64,000 bases of DNA from positions 8,041 through 72,040 of the forward strand of contig CAIVQB010000133.1 in NCBI GenBank assembly GCA_903907925.1. The letters run 5' to 3'. Shown here piece by piece: positions 48,318 through 57,409 of the stretch. Made by a program: the position numbers and the translations under genes. The notes under the pieces are model-generated. The model saw only the letters and a program-made list of their open reading frames with translations, had not been told where the DNA came from and ran no database searches. The stretch comes from an uncultured Verrucomicrobiota bacterium (GTDB lineage: Bacteria > Verrucomicrobiota > Verrucomicrobiia > Limisphaerales > UBA9464). Numbering within the stretch: the first letter of the stretch is position 1; each line of letters begins with the position of its first letter.

Positions 48318-51300
48318 ATGCGTTCGAACGCCCTTGTTCAGATCCGTCGTCTTGCCGCCGCCGCCGTCGCGTCGGCCCTGCTCGTCCCGGCCTCCGCCCA
48401 ACATCAATTGTCGTCGACCGGCTACCCGGCCAAGATCGCCGGAGCTTCCGATGAAGCCGAGAAGGCCATCAAACGGTTCCAGTTGCCACCAGGATTCAAG
48501 TGCGAGGTCTGGGCGGCCGAACCGGATCTGGCCCAGCCGGTTGCCTTCTACATGGACGACACCGGCAAGGTCTACGTCTGCGAAACCTTCCGCCATAGCC
48601 AGGGCGTCGATGACATCCGTGGGCATCCGGACTGGCTCGATGAGGAACTCGCCTCCAAGACCGTCGAGGACCGCGTCGCCCTCCTGAAACGCCATTTCAA
48701 CAACGACCTGCGGTCCTACACCGCCCACACGGAGCGGGTTCGTTTGCTCACCGACACTCACGGTCTGGGGCGCGCCGATCACTCAACGGTGTTTGCCGAG
48801 GGCTTCACCAACATCCTCGACGGCATCGCCGCCGGCGTCATCGCCCGGGGCAATGATGTCTATCTCGCCAACATTCCGAACGTCTGGCTGTTGCGGGACA
48901 CCGACGGCGACGGTATCGCGGATCAGCGCAAGAGCCTCAGCTACGGCTATGGCGTTCGCGGCGGATTCCTCGGCCATGACCTGCACGGATTTGCCTGGGG
49001 TCCGGACGGCAAGCTCTACTACAGCATCGGTGATCGTGCGGGCAACATCCTGGTCAATGGCCGCTATGTCGGATTCCCGGATGGCGGCTCGGTGTTTCGT
49101 TGTAACGCCGACGGATCCGAACTTGAACAGTTCACCTACGGCCTCCGCAATCCGCAGGAGCTGGTCTTTGATGATTTCGGCAACCTGTTCACTGGAGACA
49201 ACAATTCCGACGGTGGAGATCAGGCGCGCTGGACCTACCTGGTGGAAGGCGCCGACAACGGATGGCGCATCGGGTATCAATTCCTGGAGAACCGGAATTC
49301 CTACACGCCACGGGGTCCGTGGAACGCCGAGAAAATGTGGTATCCGCAGAACCCGGATCAGCCCGCCTACATCGTCCCGCCGATCAAGAACATCGCCGCC
49401 GGTCCGAGCGGCGTGAGCTACTATCCCGGTACTGGTGCGACCCCGGAATGGCGCGGCATGTTCACCTTGGTGGATTTTCGCGGCAGCAGCAGCGGTTCGG
49501 GAATCCATCGCTTCAAGCTGAAACCCCACGGGGCCAATTTTGAACTGGTCGAGGCCGACAAGATGATCTGGTCCATCCTCGCCACCGATGGCGACTGGGG
49601 GCCGGACGGTGCCTATTACGTTCTCGATTGGGTGGAAGGCTGGAACCAGAACGGCAAGGGCCGGATTTACAAGATGACGCACGAGCAGGGAATTCGCGCA
49701 CCCATCGTGGCGGAAACCAAGAAACTCCTCGCGGCCGGGTTTGATCAGCGGTCGCCGAAGGAACTTCTTGGACTGCTGGCCCATCCGAATCAACGGGTCC
49801 GTCAGGGCGCTCAATTTGCCCTCGCTGCACGGGGTGAACCTTCTCTCACCGCACTTGTGAAGCTGGCCCGGAACCCCGGCGATCTCCACGCGCGGGTCCA
49901 CGCCATCTGGGCGATCGGGCAGATCGAAGCGAAGGTCCGCAAGGTCGGCGTGGCCGCGCCCACGGAAAGTCTCGATGCCCTCGTCGCCTTGATGTCAGAC
50001 GCCGAGATGGAGGTTCGGGCCAATGCCGCCCGTGTTCTTGGAGACGCCGTCTATCCGCGTGCTTACGAAGCCTTGGTACGAGCAGCCTCCGATTCTAACG
50101 CCCGGGTCCAATCCCTGGCGGTCATCGCCCTGTCCAAACTGGGTCGCTCCGAGGCCGTTCCCGCCGTCCTGGCGATGTTGAAATCGAACGCCGACGCGGA
50201 TCCCACGCTGCGTCATGCCGGCGTCGTGGCCCTGGTGCGTTGTGCGTCGCCTGACCAGATCATCGCCCTGGCGTCGAATCCGTCGGAATCCCTGCGCCTC
50301 GCGGCGGTCATCGCCCTGCGACGGTTGCAACGCTCTGAAATAGCGCTGTTCCTGCAGGATTCATCGGCGCGAATTGTTGTGGAAGCCGCCAGGGCCATCA
50401 ACGACGAGCCCATTTCCGGTGCGGTGCCCGATCTCGCCCTGTTGATCGACAAGGGCCCGTGGAATGACCTACCGAACTCCGGCGCGGATCTGGTGCGCCG
50501 GATCATCAACGCCAACTACCGCACCGGCACCCGGCAGTCCGCCGCCGCCCTTGCCCAATATGCGGCCGCGGACCGACCGGAATGGGCGCGAATCGACGCA
50601 CTCGCGGCACTCGGCGATTGGCCGGCCAATGGCGGACGCGATCGCATCACCGGCCTGTGGCGCCCGACCGCCTTTACCCGTGATGCCAAGATTCCGGGTG
50701 ATGCTTTGAAGCCGGTGCTGGCGTCGATGGTCCGATCCGCGCCGAACAAGATCCGCGCTCGTGCCGCCCGGGCTGCTGGTTCCTTGGGCCTGATCGAGAC
50801 CGCTCCGCTCCTCGCCGAACTGGCGGTGAACCAACAGGTCAGCGGTGACGCGCGATCGGAGGCATTGAAGGCCCTCGCCGCACTGCACGCGCCCCAACTC
50901 GCCGAGGTGTTGTCGAAGGCCGCCGATGATCCGGACGAAACGGTCCGCAAGACCGCCCTCAGTCTCAGCGCGCAGGTTTCTTCCAACCCGACGCCGATCG
51001 TGCCCCTGCCGGCCGCCGCAAACGCTTCCACCACCGCCGCCCCCGCGACCGCCCCCAATCCGTTGGCCCGGTTCATTTCCGTTCTCGCCAAAGGCTCCAT
51101 TTCGGAACGCCAGAACGCGCTCACCACGGTTGCCGGCATCGAAGGCAAGGCCGCCGACGGTCTTCTCTCGCATTGGATGGTCGATCTTCAGGCCGGAAAA
51201 GTCGCACCCGAACTCCAGCTCGACGTGCTCGATGCGGCCGCCCGGCGTCCCGCTTTGAAATCAATGGTGACGAAATGGGAGGAGGGCCTTCCCAAGCTGG

Positions 51301-51758
51301 CCGAGAATGACATCAATCCGTGGAAGGTGTGTCTGGTCGGCGGCAATGCCGATGAAGGTCGCAAGGTCTTCCTCGAAAAAGCCGAGGTCAGTTGCGTTCG
51401 CTGCCACAAGATCAAGGGCGAGGGCGGTGAGGTGGGTCCGGAGCTGACCGGCATCGTTGCGAAACGCGGTCGCGAATACGTGCTGCGCTCCATTCTTTAT
51501 CCCAACGCGGAAATCGCCCAGGGCTTCGAGAGCGTGCTCGTCAACATGAAGAACGGCACCACCTACGCCGGTGTCATCAAATCGGAGACTGCCACGGAAC
51601 TGGAGGTCAACTCACCCGAGGACGGAATGCTCAAGCTCAAGAAAGCCGACATCACCAGCCGTGAAAAAGGCCTGAGCGGAATGCCGGAGGGATTCTCAGG
51701 CGTCCTCACCAAGCAGGAGATCCGCAACCTGGTGGAGTTCCTGGCGAGCAATCCGTGA
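48318..51758 (+). CDS. PVC-type membrane-bound dehydrogenase-domain / HEAT-repeat / cytochrome c protein
   Basis: Signal peptide; WGPDG.LY, GLRNPQEL..DDFGNLF.GDN beta-propeller; HEAT repeats; CVRCH heme motif, GPELTG, SGMPEG. Confidence 0.93.
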   Translation: MRSNALVQIRRLAAAAVASALLVPASAQHQLSSTGYPAKIAGASDEAEKAIKRFQLPPGFKCEVWAAEPDLAQPVAFYMDDTGKVYVCETFRHSQGVDDIRGHPDWLDEELASKTVEDRVALLKRHFNNDLRSYTAHTERVRLLTDTHGLGRADHSTVFAEGFTNILDGIAAGVIARGNDVYLANIPNVWLLRDTDGDGIADQRKSLSYGYGVRGGFLGHDLHGFAWGPDGKLYYSIGDRAGNILVNGRYVGFPDGGSVFRCNADGSELEQFTYGLRNPQELVFDDFGNLFTGDNNSDGGDQARWTYLVEGADNGWRIGYQFLENRNSYTPRGPWNAEKMWYPQNPDQPAYIVPPIKNIAAGPSGVSYYPGTGATPEWRGMFTLVDFRGSSSGSGIHRFKLKPHGANFELVEADKMIWSILATDGDWGPDGAYYVLDWVEGWNQNGKGRIYKMTHEQGIRAPIVAETKKLLAAGFDQRSPKELLGLLAHPNQRVRQGAQFALAARGEPSLTALVKLARNPGDLHARVHAIWAIGQIEAKVRKVGVAAPTESLDALVALMSDAEMEVRANAARVLGDAVYPRAYEALVRAASDSNARVQSLAVIALSKLGRSEAVPAVLAMLKSNADADPTLRHAGVVALVRCASPDQIIALASNPSESLRLAAVIALRRLQRSEIALFLQDSSARIVVEAARAINDEPISGAVPDLALLIDKGPWNDLPNSGADLVRRIINANYRTGTRQSAAALAQYAAADRPEWARIDALAALGDWPANGGRDRITGLWRPTAFTRDAKIPGDALKPVLASMVRSAPNKIRARAARAAGSLGLIETAPLLAELAVNQQVSGDARSEALKALAALHAPQLAEVLSKAADDPDETVRKTALSLSAQVSSNPTPIVPLPAAANASTTAAPATAPNPLARFISVLAKGSISERQNALTTVAGIEGKAADGLLSHWMVDLQAGKVAPELQLDVLDAAARRPALKSMVTKWEEGLPKLAENDINPWKVCLVGGNADEGRKVFLEKAEVSCVRCHKIKGEGGEVGPELTGIVAKRGREYVLRSILYPNAEIAQGFESVLVNMKNGTTYAGVIKSETATELEVNSPEDGMLKLKKADITSREKGLSGMPEGFSGVLTKQEIRNLVEFLASNP

Positions 51759-52060
51759 GTCGAACCGGTCGGGCCGATTCGAAGCGGAAAAATCGAGAGG
51801 CGCGGCGGTCGATTGGAATCGTTGGCAACTGCCGGGTGCGTGGTTGCGCATTGTGAAACCGCGGGAATCCGAGGGCGCGTCACCCGTGTCGGATTTTCAG
51901 CGATCCGTACCATTCGTGAATTAGGTAGTCCGCAGTCCTGCAGTCCCCGGGGGGGCCAACCTCCCGGGGAGCAGAGCGGATGGACGGATTTGACCCCGTC
52001 GGGTGGCGTACCACGCACCCGGTTCGTCGGGCGCCCACCCCAGCGGAACGGCTGCTCCTG

Positions 52061-52120
52061 TTCAACTCTTCAACTCTTCAACTCTTCAACCCGTCCGTGC
52101 CAATTCGTGAAATCAGTGTC
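52061..52120 (+). repeat. (TTCAACTC)x3 + TTCAACCC octamer array followed by a degenerate copy of the 31-bp repeat
   Basis: Octamers at 52061-52092; TCCGTGCCAATTCGTGAAATCAGTGTC at 52094-52120. Confidence 0.85.
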
Positions 52121-52136
52121 ATCCGATTGCCTCGAA

Positions 52137-53579
52137 TCAAAAGTCCGGCAGCACCTCATCAATCGAATCACGCAATGCACCGACCATCTTTTCCATCTGA
52201 CGGCGTGTGGTGCAATAGGGCGGCATCAGCACGATCACGTTGCCGATCGGGCGGGTCAGGACACCGCGGCGTTTCATCGCTTCACAAACCCTGATTCCGG
52301 CCTGCCTGGCGAGTGGGAAGGCTTCGCGGGTGCGCCAGTTCCGAACCAGTTCGATCCCGGCCATCAAACCGACACGCCGAATATCGCCGACCGCCGGAAG
52401 GTCCCAAAGTTCCCGCAGCAGCGCATCGAACTCAGCTTCGAGGCCGAGTCGGCGGTGCTGGGATTCCTTCGAATGCAGGAGGCGCAGACTGGCCAGTCCG
52501 GCCGCCGCCCCCAGCGCGTTGCCGGTGTAGCTGTGGCCGTGAAAGAAGGTTTTGAACTCGTCGTAGCGGCCCAGGAACAGGGAATAAATGGCGTCGGTGA
52601 CCAGCGTGGCGGCCATCGGGAGGTAGCCGCCGGTGAGTCCCTTGGCGAGGGTGACGAGATCGGGTTGCACCGATTCCTGATGACAGGCCAGCAGGGGCAT
52701 CTTTCGGACGCCGCGTCGCGCCGGCCCGGCTCCCGCCCGCCCGAAACCGGTCATCACCTCGTCAGCGATCAGCAAGGCCCCGTGGTGTCGGGCGATCTCC
52801 GCCGTTTTTCCCAGCCATCCCGGCGGCTGCGGAATCATTCCCGCCGCGCCCTGGATCAACGGTTCAACCACGAATGCGGTGATCGGTCGTTTTGATTTCG
52901 CGGCCTTCTCAAACTGTTGCTCGACCTTGGAAACACACTCCCATCCGCACTTTCGATAGGTCCGGGCATCGGCCCGTTCCGGTAGCGCCCGATTGTACGG
53001 ACAACGATAACAATACGGTGCCATCACCTTTTCGGTGTGGAACAATAATCCTGAGTAGGCCTTGTGGAACAAATCCACATGTCCCAGCGAAACCGCGCCG
53101 ACGGTGTCGCCATGATAGGCGCCCTCCAGCGACAAAAAACGGGCGGTCTTCAAGCCCCGGGCGCGGCGGGCGTGCCCGTGGGCGAGCTTCAGCGCGACCT
53201 CCATTGCCGTCGAACCGTCGTCGGAAAAGAAGACCCGCTGCAGTTCTGCGGGACCCTTTGCGGGCTTCGCCACCTTCACCAACTCGGCCGCCAGTCGGCT
53301 GGCCGGCTCATTGGCGAATCCGAGAAGCGAGGTGTGGGCGACGCGATCCAACTGCGCACGAATGGCCCGGTTGAGGGCGGGATGCGCGTGTCCGTGCAGG
53401 TTGGTCCAGATGGATGAATTCGCATCGAGATACGAGCGGCCTCGAATGTCCTCCAGGACCGCACCGCGACCGCGGACCAAAATCACCGGCTCCGTTCGGC
53501 TCCAATCCCCCATCTGTGTGAACGGATGCCAGACATGGCGTCGATCCAGGCCGGCGATGGGATGCAGCGGCGGTTTCAT
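52137..53579 (-). CDS. bioA: Adenosylmethionine-8-amino-7-oxononanoate aminotransferase
   Basis: VWHPFTQM, SSIWTNLHGH, SDDGS.AMEVALK, YHGDT, AKGLTGGYLP, FFHGHSYTGN, RPIGN. Confidence 0.96.
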   Translation of the reverse strand: MKPPLHPIAGLDRRHVWHPFTQMGDWSRTEPVILVRGRGAVLEDIRGRSYLDANSSIWTNLHGHAHPALNRAIRAQLDRVAHTSLLGFANEPASRLAAELVKVAKPAKGPAELQRVFFSDDGSTAMEVALKLAHGHARRARGLKTARFLSLEGAYHGDTVGAVSLGHVDLFHKAYSGLLFHTEKVMAPYCYRCPYNRALPERADARTYRKCGWECVSKVEQQFEKAAKSKRPITAFVVEPLIQGAAGMIPQPPGWLGKTAEIARHHGALLIADEVMTGFGRAGAGPARRGVRKMPLLACHQESVQPDLVTLAKGLTGGYLPMAATLVTDAIYSLFLGRYDEFKTFFHGHSYTGNALGAAAGLASLRLLHSKESQHRRLGLEAEFDALLRELWDLPAVGDIRRVGLMAGIELVRNWRTREAFPLARQAGIRVCEAMKRRGVLTRPIGNVIVLMPPYCTTRRQMEKMVGALRDSIDEVLPDF

Positions 53580-54784
53580 TGTGGCGAAACCTTCTGGGGA
53601 CGAGTCTCCACAACCGCCCGAGTGAAGTCGCGGATGTCGGCTTCCGGATGGTCCGCGGTGAGCGTCACGCGCAGCCGGGCGGCTCCGCGTGCGACCGTGG
53701 GAAACCGGATGGCCGGAACCAGGAAGCCGCGGACGCGAAGACGTGCCGACCAGCCCGTCGCTTCATCCTCCGCACCCGCGACGAGAGGGAACAAGGCGCC
53801 CGGATGCGCCGGCAGATCGAATCCCGACGAGCGTAGTTCCGACTGGAAAAGATCCTCCCGGGACCCCAGCCGTTGAACCCGTTCCGCTCCCTCGGGTCCC
53901 GCCACCAATCGAACGCCGGCAAGAGCGGCTGCCGCGGCTGCAGGAACCGGCGCGGTGGAAAAGACAAAGCTGCGGGCGAAGTTGAGGAGGTGATCCCGGA
54001 GTCGGTTGCTCCCGATGATGTAGCCGCCGGAGGCACCGAGCGCCTTTCCAAGAGTTCCCATCTGAACGTCGACGTGATCCGAGAGATTCAATGCCTCGAC
54101 CAGACCGGTCCGGCGGGTACCCAGGAGGCCTGCCGCGTGCGCTTCGTCCACCATCAACCAGGCTCCGTATCGTTCCTTGAGTTCCACCAATTCGCGCAGT
54201 GGGGCGTGATCTCCGTCCATGCTGAACACCGATTCGGTGATGATCAGGATGTGGGCCGGTGGTGCAGCATCGCCCGCCGGCCGTCTCGCCCAGATCAGGA
54301 TGCGTTCGAGATCGTCGAGATCGTTGTGACGAAACACCCGCAGCCGGGCACCCGACAACCGGGCAGCGTCCACACAACAGGCATGGACCCGCTTGTCGAG
54401 GATCACCACGTCGCCGGCTCCCACCAGTGCTGGAACCGCACCCAACGCGGTGGCGTATCCGGTGGAGAAGACCAGCGCGGCCTCGGCCTGCTTCCAAGCG
54501 GCCAGCGTTTCCTCCAATTCGTGGAAAATCCCCAGCGAACCACACACCAGTCGGGAAGCGGTGCTGCCGGCACCCCAGTCACGGGCGGCCCGGCTTGCGG
54601 CCTCGATGAGCACCGGGTGCCGCGCCAGTCCGAGGTAATCGTTCGATGCGAAATTGATGAGCGGAACCCCGTCGAACTCGATTCGCGTGCCGAGTGGATT
54701 CTCCATTCGACGCAACGACCGGCGCAATCCCGCCGCCTCGGTCTCGGCCATGCGGCGGGTCAGGTGGGTGTCGAGGGATTCCAT
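53576..54784 (-). CDS. bioF: 8-amino-7-oxononanoate synthase
   Basis: FASNDYLGL, GSTASRL, ESVFSMDGD, DEAH, GTLGKA, IRFPTV; ATGA coupling to bioA. Confidence 0.94.
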   Translation of the reverse strand: MESLDTHLTRRMAETEAAGLRRSLRRMENPLGTRIEFDGVPLINFASNDYLGLARHPVLIEAASRAARDWGAGSTASRLVCGSLGIFHELEETLAAWKQAEAALVFSTGYATALGAVPALVGAGDVVILDKRVHACCVDAARLSGARLRVFRHNDLDDLERILIWARRPAGDAAPPAHILIITESVFSMDGDHAPLRELVELKERYGAWLMVDEAHAAGLLGTRRTGLVEALNLSDHVDVQMGTLGKALGASGGYIIGSNRLRDHLLNFARSFVFSTAPVPAAAAAALAGVRLVAGPEGAERVQRLGSREDLFQSELRSSGFDLPAHPGALFPLVAGAEDEATGWSARLRVRGFLVPAIRFPTVARGAARLRVTLTADHPEADIRDFTRAVVETRPQKVSPQ

Positions 54785-54862
54785 GATGCGCTCCGGCTTC
54801 CTATCAGCGGTGCCCCGCGGGCACAAACCGCATTGCATCCGCGGCGGCAGCACACCCGCGGT

Positions 54863-55588
54863 TCATGACCAGGATCCGATGCGGCTGTCCAACTGAAACA
54901 TCTGACCGGACACGTTCTTCATTGCAGCGAGAACCGTGGCGAAGCGGGCCACTTCCCCGGGAGAATTCAGCCGGTTCAAGGTGTTGCTGGCGGCGTGGGC
55001 TGCGAGTTGGGATTCCGTGAGATCGCCGGCCAGTCGGGTCGGAAGGAATCCGGGCAGAATGGCGTTGACCCGAATGTTGTCGGCACCGTGCTCCCGTGCC
55101 AGCGCGACGGTCAGGCCGACGAGACCGGCTTTCGAGGCGGCGTAGTTGGACTGACCGGCGCGTCCGACCCGCCCGCCGAAACTGGCGATGTTGAGAATGT
55201 GACCGTCGCGCCGATGAATCATTCCCGGGAGAACGGCGCGGGAACACAGGAACGCGCCGCTCAGGTTCACATCCATCACCCGTTGCCATGCGGCTTCACT
55301 GAGGCGCGGCAACACCTCGTCGTCGGCCACGCCGGCGTTGTTGATCAGGACATCAATCCGATTCCATCGGCGGGCCACCTCGGCGCAGACGGATTTGATT
55401 TCGTCGGGCTTCGTTACGTCCATCGCCACCGGCCAGATCGATGGCGACGGAGAGCTGAACGGGTTCGTCCGGCACGCCGCCACCACCTGCCAGCCGCTGT
55501 CGGCGAAGGCCTGCACCAAAGCCCCGCCAAGGCCACCGGCGGCGCCGGTGATCAGAACGACCGGACGGATCGAGTTGTCGACGCTCAT
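54863..55588 (-). CDS. FabG-like short-chain dehydrogenase/reductase
   Basis: TGAAGGLG, NNAG, GQSNYAASK, VNAILPG. Confidence 0.92.
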   Translation of the reverse strand: MSVDNSIRPVVLITGAAGGLGGALVQAFADSGWQVVAACRTNPFSSPSPSIWPVAMDVTKPDEIKSVCAEVARRWNRIDVLINNAGVADDEVLPRLSEAAWQRVMDVNLSGAFLCSRAVLPGMIHRRDGHILNIASFGGRVGRAGQSNYAASKAGLVGLTVALAREHGADNIRVNAILPGFLPTRLAGDLTESQLAAHAASNTLNRLNSPGEVARFATVLAAMKNVSGQMFQLDSRIGSWS

Positions 55589-56862
55589 GAGATGGCATCG
55601 GCTGGGCTGGAATCTGGGATCGAACCACGCCCGCTGACCCATTCGCCGCCGATCATCGTGCCGGTGACGAGTCCCTCATGATGAAGGATGGCCTCCACAG
55701 CGGCGTCCGGAGAGCCCGCAAATGGAAAGCTGGTCAGATCCGCCCAAGCCCCCGGCACCAGTTCGCCCAATTGTCCCGCCTGTCCGAGCGCGCGGGCTCC
55801 ATTGACGGTGGCCATCTCGAGGATGCGCTGCGGTTCCAGGAGCGCGTCGGTTTGTGCCAGAGCTCGGATCTCGTCGAACATCGACAGGCGCGGCCGTGGA
55901 TCGCGGGGGCGATGAGTGGACGCCAGACTGTCGGTACCGAGGCAGAGCAGGGTGCCGGTGGCTTCCAGTTCTGGACGCGGGAATCGCGGATGATGGAAAT
56001 AGGCGTGGCTTTGCGGGCAGTGGACGACCGACGCGCCGCGTTCTCCGAGCAACCGGGCGTCGTCGTGCCACAGGCGGTTCACGTGCACCGCGAGCAACGA
56101 TCGGTTCAGAAGTCCGGATCGTTCCAAAGCGCGCACCGGTGAACCGAGACCGCAGTCATCCATCGGTCGTTGCGATGACAACCAGTCGTACATCGGACCG
56201 CGACGATACATGAACATCTCGAACTCCGCCTCGGACTCGGCGACGTGAACCGTGACCGGCCAGCGGTGTTCGATCGCGGCTCGACCGGTGGCAGTGAGAA
56301 GATCCGGAGTGGTGGAATAGGGGGCATGCGGGGAAAGTCCCAGCCCGCCCCGTCCGGGTTCCGACGACTGGAGCAATTGCGCCGCCGCCTCCACCAGGTG
56401 CATCGGCGATACCTTTGGTCGCAGCGCGGTCAGTTCGAAAAAGGACCAGACCCGCAGGGGTGTGGCGGCGCGGCAGACGCCCAACAATTCGGGGACGGAT
56501 TCGATGTTGGCGACCGTGGTCGTTCCGCTTTCCAGCAGTTGTCGCGCACCGGTGAGCCATGAGGCCGCATATTCGCTGAAACCCCAGGCGGATTTTGCCG
56601 CATGGATTGATTTCAGCCATTCGGTGAAATTCCGCGACGGAGCCAGCTGGCCGGCCAGGTCGGTGTAGTCGAGATGACAATGCGCGTTGACGAATCCGGG
56701 CATCAACAGGCTGTCGCCGAGATCGGTCACCGGCCCGCTCGCGTGCGGGCGCACGTCCGCCCAACGCCCGGCGGCGACGATTCTTCCGTCCAAAATCAGA
56801 ACCGCGCCGTCCTCCAGGGGCGGCGCGGTGACGGGGACGAGTGTTCGGGCCCGAAGGATCAC
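55585..56862 (-). CDS. Metal-dependent amidohydrolase (MTA/SAH or aminofutalosine deaminase-like)
   Basis: PGFVNAHCHLD, SPHAPYS, HVAES, HCPQS, GTDSLAS. Confidence 0.88.
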   Translation of the reverse strand: MILRARTLVPVTAPPLEDGAVLILDGRIVAAGRWADVRPHASGPVTDLGDSLLMPGFVNAHCHLDYTDLAGQLAPSRNFTEWLKSIHAAKSAWGFSEYAASWLTGARQLLESGTTTVANIESVPELLGVCRAATPLRVWSFFELTALRPKVSPMHLVEAAAQLLQSSEPGRGGLGLSPHAPYSTTPDLLTATGRAAIEHRWPVTVHVAESEAEFEMFMYRRGPMYDWLSSQRPMDDCGLGSPVRALERSGLLNRSLLAVHVNRLWHDDARLLGERGASVVHCPQSHAYFHHPRFPRPELEATGTLLCLGTDSLASTHRPRDPRPRLSMFDEIRALAQTDALLEPQRILEMATVNGARALGQAGQLGELVPGAWADLTSFPFAGSPDAAVEAILHHEGLVTGTMIGGEWVSGRGSIPDSSPADAIS

Positions 56863-56865
56863 GAC

Positions 56866-57219
56866 TCAGGCGGACTTTTGGCGCGCCTCTTTCAGGCGGG
56901 CGGCGACTTTGTGTTTCTTCGCCTTCGATTTGCTGTGCTTGTGCCGGATCTGCTGTTCGAGCTTCCGGGTCACGGTGTCGATGGCGGTGTAAAGATCGGC
57001 TTCCTTGTCTTCGGCAAACAGATCGTTGCCCCGAATGCCGAGGCGGATCGAACACTTGAAGGTCTTGCTGGGCGTGCGGGGAGTGTGGTCCTTCTCCAGA
57101 CAAACCCGGGCGTCGAGAAGCCAGCGATCGATGTGCTCCAGCTTCTCCAGCTTGGAGAGCACGTGCTGCTCGATCGCGTCGGTCAAAGTCACGTTGTGCG
57201 TGGTGAGGATGAATTTCAT
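56866..57219 (-). CDS. hpf: Ribosome hibernation promoting factor / RaiA
   Basis: NVTLTDAI..HV..KL.KL, DLYTAID....KLEQQIR..H.K. Confidence 0.92.
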   Translation of the reverse strand: MKFILTTHNVTLTDAIEQHVLSKLEKLEHIDRWLLDARVCLEKDHTPRTPSKTFKCSIRLGIRGNDLFAEDKEADLYTAIDTVTRKLEQQIRHKHSKSKAKKHKVAARLKEARQKSA

Positions 57220-57409
57220 TCCGGGACAAAGGTGCGGACGAAGCGGCTCTTTTTCAACCGGCGAGTCGCGCGGGGCCGCTTTCCCACCCTTTCGCACCCG
57301 GGCCGCCGCTTGCCTCAACGGTTCCCGCACGTTAGAACCCCGGTTCGGCTGTCGCGGAAAACCAGCCGAAATCCGGAAACCTATCGGATTCAATCGACCC
57401 AAAACCGCA

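Noticed and set aside
48318-51758. 1146-aa propeller-HEAT-cytochrome c protein as a novel system
   Set aside because: It belongs to a known, heavily expanded PVC family, although function remains poorly defined.
57370-57390. AATCCG-N9-CGGATT inverted repeat in the hpf/luxE divergent region
   Set aside because: Only 6-bp arms and seen once, which is too weak to call an operator.
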